Under the pieces are notes generated by a model. That model saw only the letters and a program-made list of their open reading frames with translations. It did no database searches and was not told the DNA's origin. The position numbers and the translations under genes are program-made. A DNA stretch of 64,000 bases from Alphaproteobacteria bacterium (GTDB taxonomy: Bacteria > Pseudomonadota > Alphaproteobacteria > SP197): assembly GCA_965228895.1 (NCBI GenBank), contig OZ245842.1, positions 640,001-704,000 on the forward strand, in the 5' to 3' direction. Below are positions 49,373-57,907 of this stretch, one piece after another. Position 1 is the stretch's first letter. Each line of letters opens with the position of its first letter.

Positions 49373-50326
49373 CTACTTCGGATGCCTAATGCGCGGGCTG
49401 GCGATTAGCGACACAATGTCCGCCGCCATGTTGAGCACCACATAGGTCGAGCAGAAGATCATTGCTGCGGCCTGGACCAGCGGAATATCGCGTGTTGTCA
49501 CGCCCTCGACCATCAGCTTGCCGACGCCGGGGAAGTTGAACATGGTCTCGATCACCACGATGCCGCTGATCAGGTAAGCGAGATTGAGGGCGACCACGTT
49601 GACGATTGGCGCGATTGCGTTGGGCAGGGCGTGGACCAGGATGATCCGCCATTTCGGCACGCCCTTCAGAATCGCCATCTCGATCGGCGACGACGTCAGG
49701 ACATTCAACACGGCGCTGCGCGTCATGCGCGCCATATGCGCCATCACGGTGAAGGAAAGCGCGGTGACCGGCAGGGCCAAGACACGCGCATACTCCATGA
49801 ACCCGTCGACCCGGTTCAGATTGGCAATGGCCGGCAACCAGCCGAGTTGGACGGCAAACAGAGACACCAGCAGGACGGCGATGAGAAAATCCGGCACCGA
49901 GATGAGCGCCAGCGTCGACGTCGAGATCAGCCGGTCGGTCGTGCCGTTGGGCCGGGTCGAGGCAATAAGCCCCAGCATGATCGAAAGCGGCACAGCGATG
50001 GCAGCCGTTACCGATGCCAACAGGACGGTGTTGCCGATACGCTCGCCGATGACCTCGTTCAGGTCGGCGCCGTTGGCCAACGAGGTGCCGAGATCACCGC
50101 GTAGCAGGTCAGCCAGCCAGGCGAGGTAACGCAGATAAGCGGGTTCATCGAGGCCAAGCCGCTCGCGGATGTTGGCGACCAGTTCCGGCGTCGCGCCCTG
50201 ACCCAGGATCGCATAGGCAACGTCGCCGGGCAGGATTTCGGTGCCGGCAAAGACCAGGATCGAGACGATAAGCACGGTCAGCACACCCAGACCCAGGCGC
50301 TGCAACACGACACCGAGGATGGTCAT
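49373..50326 (-). CDS. DppB-like ABC permease
   Basis: LPGD, GDLGTS, HALPNA, RDIPLVQ. Confidence 0.92.
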   Translation of the reverse strand: MTILGVVLQRLGLGVLTVLIVSILVFAGTEILPGDVAYAILGQGATPELVANIRERLGLDEPAYLRYLAWLADLLRGDLGTSLANGADLNEVIGERIGNTVLLASVTAAIAVPLSIMLGLIASTRPNGTTDRLISTSTLALISVPDFLIAVLLVSLFAVQLGWLPAIANLNRVDGFMEYARVLALPVTALSFTVMAHMARMTRSAVLNVLTSSPIEMAILKGVPKWRIILVHALPNAIAPIVNVVALNLAYLISGIVVIETMFNFPGVGKLMVEGVTTRDIPLVQAAAMIFCSTYVVLNMAADIVSLIASPRIRHPK

Positions 50327-50437
50327 GGGAGACGGTTTCCGGTCATCGGAAGCATGGCATCAACGAGTACCATGAACGGGCCGCCGCGAGAGCACTCTCC
50401 CGCGGAGGCATAGCGTTCAGGCTGAGACCCGATGCCT

Positions 50438-52036
50438 TTAGCTCTGGGCGCCCTCGATCCACGCGGTACGCGCAAACTGGTAGAAACCAAGCGGACCGGA
50501 CGGATGAGGCGTGATGCCCTGGACCTCGGAACGACCGGCGTCCAGGTAGTCGATGAAGGCCATGGTGATGTGACCGCCATCGTCCTGGATCATGCGCTGG
50601 AGCTGGCAATACATCTCCTTGCGCTTGTCGAAATCGGTGACGCCGCGGGCTTCGACCATGATCTTGTCGAAGTCCTCGTTGTTCCACGCGGTTTCGTTGT
50701 AGGCCGCGCCGCCGGCAAAGGCGATCGACAGGATGAGATCGGGAACCGGACGGCCGTCCCAGCCGGACACACATGCCGGTTTCGCCATCCACGCTGTCTG
50801 CCAATAGGTGTCGGCCGGCGGCTGAACGATGTTGAGGTCGATGCCGGCCGCCCGTGCGGATTCCTGGAACACCTGGGCGCTGGCCAGGCCGCCCTGGCCG
50901 GGCACGTCAGAGGCATAGAAATCGATCGGTGTGCCGGACAAGCCCGTCTTCTCGAAGTGGAACTTGGCCTTATCGGGATCATAGGCACGCTGTTCGATAT
51001 CGCTGCAGTAATAGGGATCAATCGGCGAAATCGGGTGATCGTTGCCGACATGACCGAAACCCTTCATCACGTTGTTGACGATCGCGTCGCGATCGATGGC
51101 GTACTTCATCGCCATGCGGAAGTCGGGATCGTTTGTCGGCTCGCGGTCCAGCATCATGGCGACGTTCAGGAACGAGGCGCTCCTGGCGTTCAGCACATTG
51201 ACGTCGTCGCGCTGATCGATCAGGTCGACGGCCTTCGGATCGAGATAAAGCAGCAGGTTGATGTCGTCGGACAACAGCGCGTTGGTGCGCGCCGTCGGGT
51301 CGCCGATACCCACGGTCTCGATCTCGTCGACATAGGGCCCGTCATCGCCCCAATAGTCGTCGTTGCGTTCGAAGATATAGGTCGAACCGGCTTTGAACTC
51401 CTTGACCTTGTAGGGCCCGGTGCCCGACGTGTTGGTCGAGAAGTCGGTCCAGCCGTCCTGGACGATCTGTACGCGTGTATCGCTCAATACAATCGGAAAA
51501 TCCGCGTTGGGCGATGACAGCATGAACTTGACGACGTTGTCGCCGTCCTTGGTCATCTCCGTGATCTGGTTCAGGTACGCCTTGGCCGGCGATTCGGACT
51601 CTTCCGCCAGATGGCGATTGAACGAATAGATGACGTCATCGGCGCTGAAGATCTTGCCGCTGTGGAAGGTGACGCCGTCGCGCAACTGGAACGTCCATTC
51701 CGTCGCGTCCGCGCTGGGTTCCCAGCTGGTCGCGAGCCACGGTATCGGACGCAGGTCTTCGCCGCGATTGACCATCAGGTCGTACACCGTGAAGCCACGC
51801 AGCAGATCGGCGGTCGAATAGAACCCCGTCGGGTCGAGCGTGTCGATGTTCAGCGCCGACTCGACACCGACCGTGATGCGTCCGCCCATTTCCGGCGATT
51901 GCGCCTTGGCGGCGCTGGTGATCAAGCCAGGCAGGACCGCGGCGCCGACACCGGCCGCTGCCAGGCGGCCGGAGAACTCGCGCCGCGAGATGCGCCGCTT
52001 GATGAACAGATCCGTCAGATACTTGATTTGCGACAT
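50438..52036 (-). CDS. DppA-like (family 5) substrate-binding protein, Tat-exported
   Basis: SRREF Tat motif, LRDGVTFH, GTGPY; start MSQIK with gagg RBS. Confidence 0.9.
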   Translation of the reverse strand: MSQIKYLTDLFIKRRISRREFSGRLAAAGVGAAVLPGLITSAAKAQSPEMGGRITVGVESALNIDTLDPTGFYSTADLLRGFTVYDLMVNRGEDLRPIPWLATSWEPSADATEWTFQLRDGVTFHSGKIFSADDVIYSFNRHLAEESESPAKAYLNQITEMTKDGDNVVKFMLSSPNADFPIVLSDTRVQIVQDGWTDFSTNTSGTGPYKVKEFKAGSTYIFERNDDYWGDDGPYVDEIETVGIGDPTARTNALLSDDINLLLYLDPKAVDLIDQRDDVNVLNARSASFLNVAMMLDREPTNDPDFRMAMKYAIDRDAIVNNVMKGFGHVGNDHPISPIDPYYCSDIEQRAYDPDKAKFHFEKTGLSGTPIDFYASDVPGQGGLASAQVFQESARAAGIDLNIVQPPADTYWQTAWMAKPACVSGWDGRPVPDLILSIAFAGGAAYNETAWNNEDFDKIMVEARGVTDFDKRKEMYCQLQRMIQDDGGHITMAFIDYLDAGRSEVQGITPHPSGPLGFYQFARTAWIEGAQS

Positions 52037-52097
52037 GGATGCCTCCCCTTCGTCACGGTTGGCCCCGTGGGGGCCATGGTTTCCCATTTACGTCAAA

Positions 52098-52108
52098 CTG
52101 TGATCACA
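52098..52108. promoter_or_regulatory. GntR-type operator candidate 3
   Basis: CTGTGATCACA upstream of the dppA-like gene. Confidence 0.7.
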
Positions 52109-52173
52109 CATTCTAGGCGCTTGCTGGAACGATTCAAGGCCGCTTGATCACCCGGCCTGCCCGTCGGAGCAAA

Positions 52174-53730
52174 TCACGCCCCGGTTCGCGCGATCTCCTC
52201 CTTGCGCTGCGCCATGTAGTCGCGCAGTTCTTCGTCGATCGCCGGGTCGAGGGCCGGCGGCTCATAATTTGCCAACAGCGATTTCCAGATGCTGTTGGCG
52301 CGCTTGGCGGTGTCTTCGGAACCGCGCTCTTTCCAGCTCTCGAAGTTGTCCCAGTCCGACAAAAGCGGTGCGTAGAACGCATTTTCGTAACGCGCCAGCG
52401 TATGAGCCGCGCCCAGGAAGTGGCCGCCGGGGTCAACCTCGGCAAACGCGGCGGCGCCTAGTTCGTCGGGGCTTGTAACGATCGGCACCAGGGTCTCGGC
52501 CATCATCTGCAGCATCTCGGCGTCCAGGATCAGTTTCTCGAACGAGCAGACGAGGCCGCCCTCGAGCCAGCCGGCGGCGTGCAGAACCAGATTCGTGTGG
52601 GCGAGAATGCAGCCCCATAACGACATGCCACTCTCATAAGCAGCTTGGCCGTCGACAGCCTTTGACGCGGTCGTGTTGCTGGAGCGAAAGGCGCAGCCGT
52701 AGCGGCGTGCCATCTGCGCCGTCGCCAGAGTCAGTTTGACGTATTCGGGTGTCCCGAATGCGGGCGCGCCGGTCTTCATGTCGACATTGGTGGCGAAGTG
52801 ACCGTAGATCACCGGCACGCCCCGTCGTACCGCCTGAACCAGCACGGCGCCCAGCAGAAATTCGGCGTTCTGCTGGACCAGCGTAGCGGCCAGGGTCGCC
52901 GGGCTCATGGCACCGGCCAGCGTGAACGGGGTCAGGCAAACCGGCTGTCCAAGCCGCGCCAGCTCTATCATGCCCTCGGCCATGGCGCCGTCCAGGACCA
53001 GCGGCGAGTTGGTGTTGACGCCCGACATGATGGTCGGTGTCGCGGCCAAGGTGTCGTGATCCATGCCCAAACCGATGCGCGTCATCTCGAAGACATCGCG
53101 GGCGCGCGGGCCGCTGTTGAGCCAGCAAGGATGCCATGACTTATCGGTCAACGTGATCTGCGCGTACATCATGTCCATGTGACGCGATTCCGGCGGCAGA
53201 TCGAGCGGTTCGAAACCGGCGCCGCCGTCGAAATGCAGAATATTGAGCGACTGGACCAGGCGCACGACATCGCACATCTCGCGATAGGTGCCGGCACGCC
53301 GGCCGTTGTCGAGATCGCTGACGAACGAGGGGCCGCAGACCGATGCGAAGGTGATGGCATCGCCGCCGACCTCGATCGACTTGGCGGGGTCGCGGGCGAT
53401 CGCCGTGTAACCGCCAGGCAGGCCGGTCATGGTTTCGTCGATCAGTGCGGGATCGAACCTGACCCGGCCGTCCTCGTCGTCGACGTCCGCTCCCAGGCAG
53501 CGCAGGTGATCGCGTGACGGCGGATCCAGCACGACCATGCCGACATCGCGCAGCAGGTCGAGCGAGGCGCGATGAATGTCCTCGATCTGGTCATCGCTCA
53601 AGATCGCGACCGGCGGATAGGGATTGCGGACGGTCTTGAACGGTATCTGCGCGATGGTGTCCTGGTCCTGGCGGCGCCGGTTGCGTCGATCACGGCCGCG
53701 CTGGCGGACTTTACCTGTCGATGCACCCAT
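52174..53730 (-). CDS. MttB-superfamily methyltransferase (alphaproteobacterial MtgB-like), non-pyrrolysine
   Basis: NTNSPL, TPFTLAGAMSP, GAPAFGTPE, HAAGWLEGGL, GGHFLG. Confidence 0.9.
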   Translation of the reverse strand: MGASTGKVRQRGRDRRNRRRQDQDTIAQIPFKTVRNPYPPVAILSDDQIEDIHRASLDLLRDVGMVVLDPPSRDHLRCLGADVDDEDGRVRFDPALIDETMTGLPGGYTAIARDPAKSIEVGGDAITFASVCGPSFVSDLDNGRRAGTYREMCDVVRLVQSLNILHFDGGAGFEPLDLPPESRHMDMMYAQITLTDKSWHPCWLNSGPRARDVFEMTRIGLGMDHDTLAATPTIMSGVNTNSPLVLDGAMAEGMIELARLGQPVCLTPFTLAGAMSPATLAATLVQQNAEFLLGAVLVQAVRRGVPVIYGHFATNVDMKTGAPAFGTPEYVKLTLATAQMARRYGCAFRSSNTTASKAVDGQAAYESGMSLWGCILAHTNLVLHAAGWLEGGLVCSFEKLILDAEMLQMMAETLVPIVTSPDELGAAAFAEVDPGGHFLGAAHTLARYENAFYAPLLSDWDNFESWKERGSEDTAKRANSIWKSLLANYEPPALDPAIDEELRDYMAQRKEEIARTGA

Positions 53731-53808
53731 GCTCCGCAGCTCCCAGATGGCCCCGGTCACCCGACCCTTTTCGAGGACTCGACACCTCACCAGCTTTGGC
53801 CGATGATG

Positions 53809-53824
53809 AACTGTGATCACAGTT
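53809..53824. promoter_or_regulatory. GntR-type operator candidate 4
   Basis: Perfect palindrome AACTGTGATCACAGTT in the divergent mttB/TMADH-like gap. Confidence 0.8.
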
Positions 53825-53859
53825 GCCGTCAAGCGGTCTGGTGTGGCAATGGGGCTGCC

Positions 53860-55950
53860 ATGACATCGAGTTCACCTTCATCGACGTCGCGCGATCCGCG
53901 CTATGACATTCTGTTCGAACCGGTTCAGATCGGTCCGGTGACCGCGAAGAACCGTTTCTATCAGGTTCCTCATGCGACGGGCACCGGTTCGGCGATGCCG
54001 AACACCCGTGCCGGTATCCGCGAGGTAAAGGCCGAGGGCGGTTGGGCTGTCGTATGCACGGGCTATTGTTCCATCCATCCGACGTCGGACGACCGCCACT
54101 ATCCGTTTTCCAGCCTATGGAACGATGCCGATATCAACGCGCAGGCGGTCATGGTCGATGCGGTTCACCGCCATGGCGCGCTGGCCGGCGTCGAGCTGTG
54201 GCACGGCGGCGGCGTGGTCGCCAACAAGGTGACGCGTGAGTCGCCGATTTCGCCGTCCGGCCTTGGCGAGCCGGTCTGGGTGACCCACCCCATTCAGCCG
54301 CGCGCCATGGACAAGGCCGATATCGACGACCTGCTGACATGGCAGAAAGAAGCCGCCCTGCGGGCGCGCTCGGCCGGGTTCGATATCGTCTATGTCTACG
54401 CCGGCATGGGTTACCTGCCGTTCCAATTCCTGGTGTCGCGCTACAACAAACGCACGGACACCTATGGCGGTACGTTCGAGAACCGTGCCCGGCTGTTACG
54501 CGAGATGATCGAGGTGACGCGTGATGCGGTCGGTCCGGACTGCGCCGTCGCCGTTCGTTTGACCGCCGAGGAGAATATGGGCGCCCAAGGTTTTCGAGGC
54601 GAGGTCGAGGGCGAGGCGCTGCTCGACCTGATCGGCGACATGCCGGACCTGTGGGATGTCAAACTGGGGTTCACCGGCGATGGCGTGACCTCACGTTTTG
54701 CCGATGAGGCCTATCACGAGCCCTTCGTGCGCTACGTCAAGGCCAAGACCGGGAAGCCGGTTGTCGGTGTCGGCCGTTTTACATCGCCCGATACCATGGT
54801 GCGCCAGATCAAGAGTGGCGTGCTCGACCTGATCGGCGCGGCGCGGCCGTCGATCGCCGACCCGTTTCTGCCCCAGAAGATCGAACAGGGCCGGATCGAC
54901 GAGATCCGCGAGTGCATTGGCTGCAACGTCTGTGTCGCGACTTATGCGGAAGGCGTGCCGATCCGCTGTACCCAGAACCCGACCATGGGCGAGGAATGGC
55001 GACGCGGCTGGCATCCCGAACGGATCGCGACGCGCGGCAGCGACGACAGCGTGCTGGTGGTCGGGTCGGGGCCGGCAGGCCTGGAATGTGCGCGCGCGCT
55101 GGGCCAACGCGGCTATGACGTGACATTGGCCGAAGCAGGTGGTGAGCTCGGCGGACGCGTGACCAGGGAAAGCCGTCTGCCGGGCCTGGCCGCCTGGGCA
55201 CGCGTGCGCGACTGGCGGCTGGGCCGGCTCGACACCATGCCCGGCGTCGAGATCTATCGCGACAGCCGCCTGACCGCCGCGAATGTCGTGGAACTGGCGC
55301 CCCAGCGCGTTGTGCTGGCGACCGGCGCGCGTTGGAAGACGGAACTGCCTGAAGGTCTGGAAGGCGTGCCGGAGATCGCGTCCGGCATCACCGTCATGAC
55401 ACCCGATGATGTCATGGACGGTAGGGCGCCATCCGGCGACGTCCTCGTCCTGGATTTGGATCCCTACTACATGGGCGGCGTGATCGCCGAAAAATTGGCG
55501 CGTGACGGCCATGCTGTCCGCCTTGTCACGCCCAACACGGCGATCTCGCCATGGACGGCGCTGACCGAAGAACAGCATCGGATCATGGTTCGCCTGCTGG
55601 AACTCGGTGTCGATGTCGTCACGACCCATCATCTGCTGGGCCTCGACGGTGGCGGCGCTCGCATCGCGTCCGTGTACGACGGCAAGGTACAGGCGTTGCC
55701 TTGCGACACGCTGGTCCTCGTCGGCACCCGCGCACCGGTCGACGGATTGGCGCGCGCGTTGGAGGAACGCAGCGGCGATGTCGCGGCCGCGGGCATCCGT
55801 GACATCACGCGCATCGGTGATGTTTATGCCCCCGGCGCGATTGTCCACGCTGTCGCGTCAGGTCACCGCTATGCACGAGAACTGGATGCCAACGATCTCA
55901 CCGTACGCATCGAACCGGGTGGCGGCTCCTATGAAGCAAGGAGGGTGTGA
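53860..55950 (+). CDS. Trimethylamine/histamine dehydrogenase-family iron-sulfur flavoprotein
   Basis: RDPRYDILFEP, KNRFYQVPH, KAEGGW, 4Fe-4S motif CIGCNVC...CTQNP, GEEWRRGWHPE. Confidence 0.88.
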   Translation: MTSSSPSSTSRDPRYDILFEPVQIGPVTAKNRFYQVPHATGTGSAMPNTRAGIREVKAEGGWAVVCTGYCSIHPTSDDRHYPFSSLWNDADINAQAVMVDAVHRHGALAGVELWHGGGVVANKVTRESPISPSGLGEPVWVTHPIQPRAMDKADIDDLLTWQKEAALRARSAGFDIVYVYAGMGYLPFQFLVSRYNKRTDTYGGTFENRARLLREMIEVTRDAVGPDCAVAVRLTAEENMGAQGFRGEVEGEALLDLIGDMPDLWDVKLGFTGDGVTSRFADEAYHEPFVRYVKAKTGKPVVGVGRFTSPDTMVRQIKSGVLDLIGAARPSIADPFLPQKIEQGRIDEIRECIGCNVCVATYAEGVPIRCTQNPTMGEEWRRGWHPERIATRGSDDSVLVVGSGPAGLECARALGQRGYDVTLAEAGGELGGRVTRESRLPGLAAWARVRDWRLGRLDTMPGVEIYRDSRLTAANVVELAPQRVVLATGARWKTELPEGLEGVPEIASGITVMTPDDVMDGRAPSGDVLVLDLDPYYMGGVIAEKLARDGHAVRLVTPNTAISPWTALTEEQHRIMVRLLELGVDVVTTHHLLGLDGGGARIASVYDGKVQALPCDTLVLVGTRAPVDGLARALEERSGDVAAAGIRDITRIGDVYAPGAIVHAVASGHRYARELDANDLTVRIEPGGGSYEARRV

Positions 55951-55953
55951 ACC

Positions 55954-57201
55954 GTGGCCTATGCTGACCCCTTCCATGTTGCCAAGAAAACGCCGGGTGC
56001 CGGACTCAAGGATTTCGAGCCGCAGATCGACATGCACCGCATGCGGCGCTACCGCCTTGACCGCGTGCGCCAGGAGCTGGCACGGCGCGATATCCCAGCC
56101 TGCGTACTCTATGACATGGCGAACATCCGTTATGCGACCGGCACCCGAAACATGGCGGTCTTCACCGGGCACTATCCGACACGTTATGTCTTCGTCGCCG
56201 CCGATGGACCGGTCATTCTGTTCGACAACGAATCAGGCCCGAGCCCGGCTGACTTCTCCGGTACCGTCGACGAGCTGCGACCCGCCAAACAGTGGTATTA
56301 CGAGGCTCATGGCGAACATGTCGCCGACGCGGCAAAAGCCTGGGCCGACGAGATCAACGATCTCTTGAGTCAGTTTGGCGGCGCCAGCCGCCGGCTCGCC
56401 GTCGATCGGCTGGGCGCCATGGGTTTCGTGCCGCTGGCCGCCCATGGCATCGAAATTTGTGACGGCCAGGCAGTGCTCGAACTGGCGCGGGTCATCAAGT
56501 CGCCCGATGAAATCGCCTGCATGTGCGTTTCGGTCGCGGTTTGCGAGATTGGCGTCGCCCGCATGCGCGAGGCCATGCGGCCCGGCATGTCGGAGCAGCA
56601 GCTCTGGTCTGTCATGGCCAACGTCAACAACGAGATGGGCGGCGAGTGGATGGAGACGCGGCTGCTGACGTCCGGCGGCCGCACCAATCCGTGGTATCAG
56701 GAATGCGGCGAGAAACTGATCAGGAGCGGCGAGCTTGTCGCCTTCGACACCGACATGATCGGGCCGTTCGGCTATTGCTGCGACATCTCCAGGACCTTCC
56801 TGTGCGGGCCGTCGAAACCGACCGATGAGCAGAAACGGCTCTACGGCTTGGCCCATGCGCAGGTCGAACACAACATCGCGCTTCTGAAACCCGGCGTAAC
56901 ATTCCGCGAACTCAGCGACCAAGGCTTCAAGGTGCCCGACGCGTTCTTAGCCAATCGCTATTCCTGTTTGATGCACGGTGTCGGCCTGGTCGACGAATAT
57001 CCGGACGTCGTCCATCCGCTCGATTGGCACGAATTCACCGCCGATGGTGTGATCGAGGAAGATATGGTCCTGAGTGTCGAAAGCTATATCGGCGAAATCG
57101 GTGGCTCCGAAGGCGTCAAGCTGGAAGAGCAGGTTCTGGTGACCGCCGATGGTGTCCAGCGCCTCTCCATGTTCCCCTTTGAGGACGACCTGCTGGCATG
57201 A
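55954..57201 (+). CDS. M24-fold protein resembling DMSP lyase DddP
   Basis: NIRYATG..NM, ETRLLTSG.RTNPWYQE, FDTD, DISRT, MHGVGLVDEYP, VES, KLEEQV. Confidence 0.78.
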   Translation: MAYADPFHVAKKTPGAGLKDFEPQIDMHRMRRYRLDRVRQELARRDIPACVLYDMANIRYATGTRNMAVFTGHYPTRYVFVAADGPVILFDNESGPSPADFSGTVDELRPAKQWYYEAHGEHVADAAKAWADEINDLLSQFGGASRRLAVDRLGAMGFVPLAAHGIEICDGQAVLELARVIKSPDEIACMCVSVAVCEIGVARMREAMRPGMSEQQLWSVMANVNNEMGGEWMETRLLTSGGRTNPWYQECGEKLIRSGELVAFDTDMIGPFGYCCDISRTFLCGPSKPTDEQKRLYGLAHAQVEHNIALLKPGVTFRELSDQGFKVPDAFLANRYSCLMHGVGLVDEYPDVVHPLDWHEFTADGVIEEDMVLSVESYIGEIGGSEGVKLEEQVLVTADGVQRLSMFPFEDDLLA

Positions 57202-57863
57202 CCTACCGCCTCTACCTCGCACCCAATACCTACGCCTTGACGGTCCAAGCGTTGCTCGAGGAACTGGCCGTGCCCCATGAGCTCGTCTGGGTCGGGATCT
57301 TCCAGGACACACCGGACCCGGTGCTCCAAGAGCGCAGCCCCCATCTCAGGGTTCCCGCGCTGGAAGGCGATGGTCTCGTCGTTGTCGAAACGGGTGCAAT
57401 CGCGCTCTATGTCGCCGAACGTCACGGTGACGGCGCGTTAGTGATCCCGCCAGGCGAACCCGACCGGGCGCGATTTCTGCAGTGGCTGCACTACCTGGCG
57501 AGTACGCTCCAGCCCGATGTCTTGATCCAGTTCCATCCGGAGTTCTATGCCGAGGACAAGCCGACGCAGGATCGGATCATGAAGGCGTCAATGGCGCGCC
57601 TGGAAGGTGTCTTCGATGTGCTCAATGACGCGCTTGATCCCGGCCCATATTTTTTTGGCGAGAGACTGACGGTGCTCGATTTTCTGTTCGGCATGCAGGC
57701 GACGTGGCCGGAAATCTATCCGCGCCCCATTGAGGCTTATCCCAACCTGCTGCGCCACCAACAGACCATGCTGGCACGCACGGCGGTGCGCCGAACGCTT
57801 GACATTCACGCCGCCAAACTGCGCGAGCAGGGGCGGTCATTGGAGCTGGCGCTGCCACTTTGA
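57198..57863 (+). CDS. Glutathione S-transferase family protein
   Basis: RVPAL, ETGAIALY, FLQWL, YFFGE..T..D. Confidence 0.85.
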   Translation: MTYRLYLAPNTYALTVQALLEELAVPHELVWVGIFQDTPDPVLQERSPHLRVPALEGDGLVVVETGAIALYVAERHGDGALVIPPGEPDRARFLQWLHYLASTLQPDVLIQFHPEFYAEDKPTQDRIMKASMARLEGVFDVLNDALDPGPYFFGERLTVLDFLFGMQATWPEIYPRPIEAYPNLLRHQQTMLARTAVRRTLDIHAAKLREQGRSLELALPL

Positions 57864-57907
57864 CAAGACACCCCTGGCTGCGGCGCACAACGAGGGAGAG
57901 ACCCGCG

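Noticed and set aside
50384-50405. GC hairpin between the dppA- and dppB-like genes
   Set aside because: Imperfect and without a U-tract; at most an ordinary intercistronic stabiliser
40041-53824. TGTGA/TCACA half-sites as CRP/FNR boxes
   Set aside because: CRP needs a 6-bp spacer; here the spacer is zero, which fits a GntR/FadR-type site better
53572-53859. Long N-terminal extensions in the ORF track (also 3704, 20636, 22170, 28309, 30466, 60797)
   Set aside because: They overlap neighbouring genes or operators; downstream starts with RBS or stop-start coupling match family N-termini better
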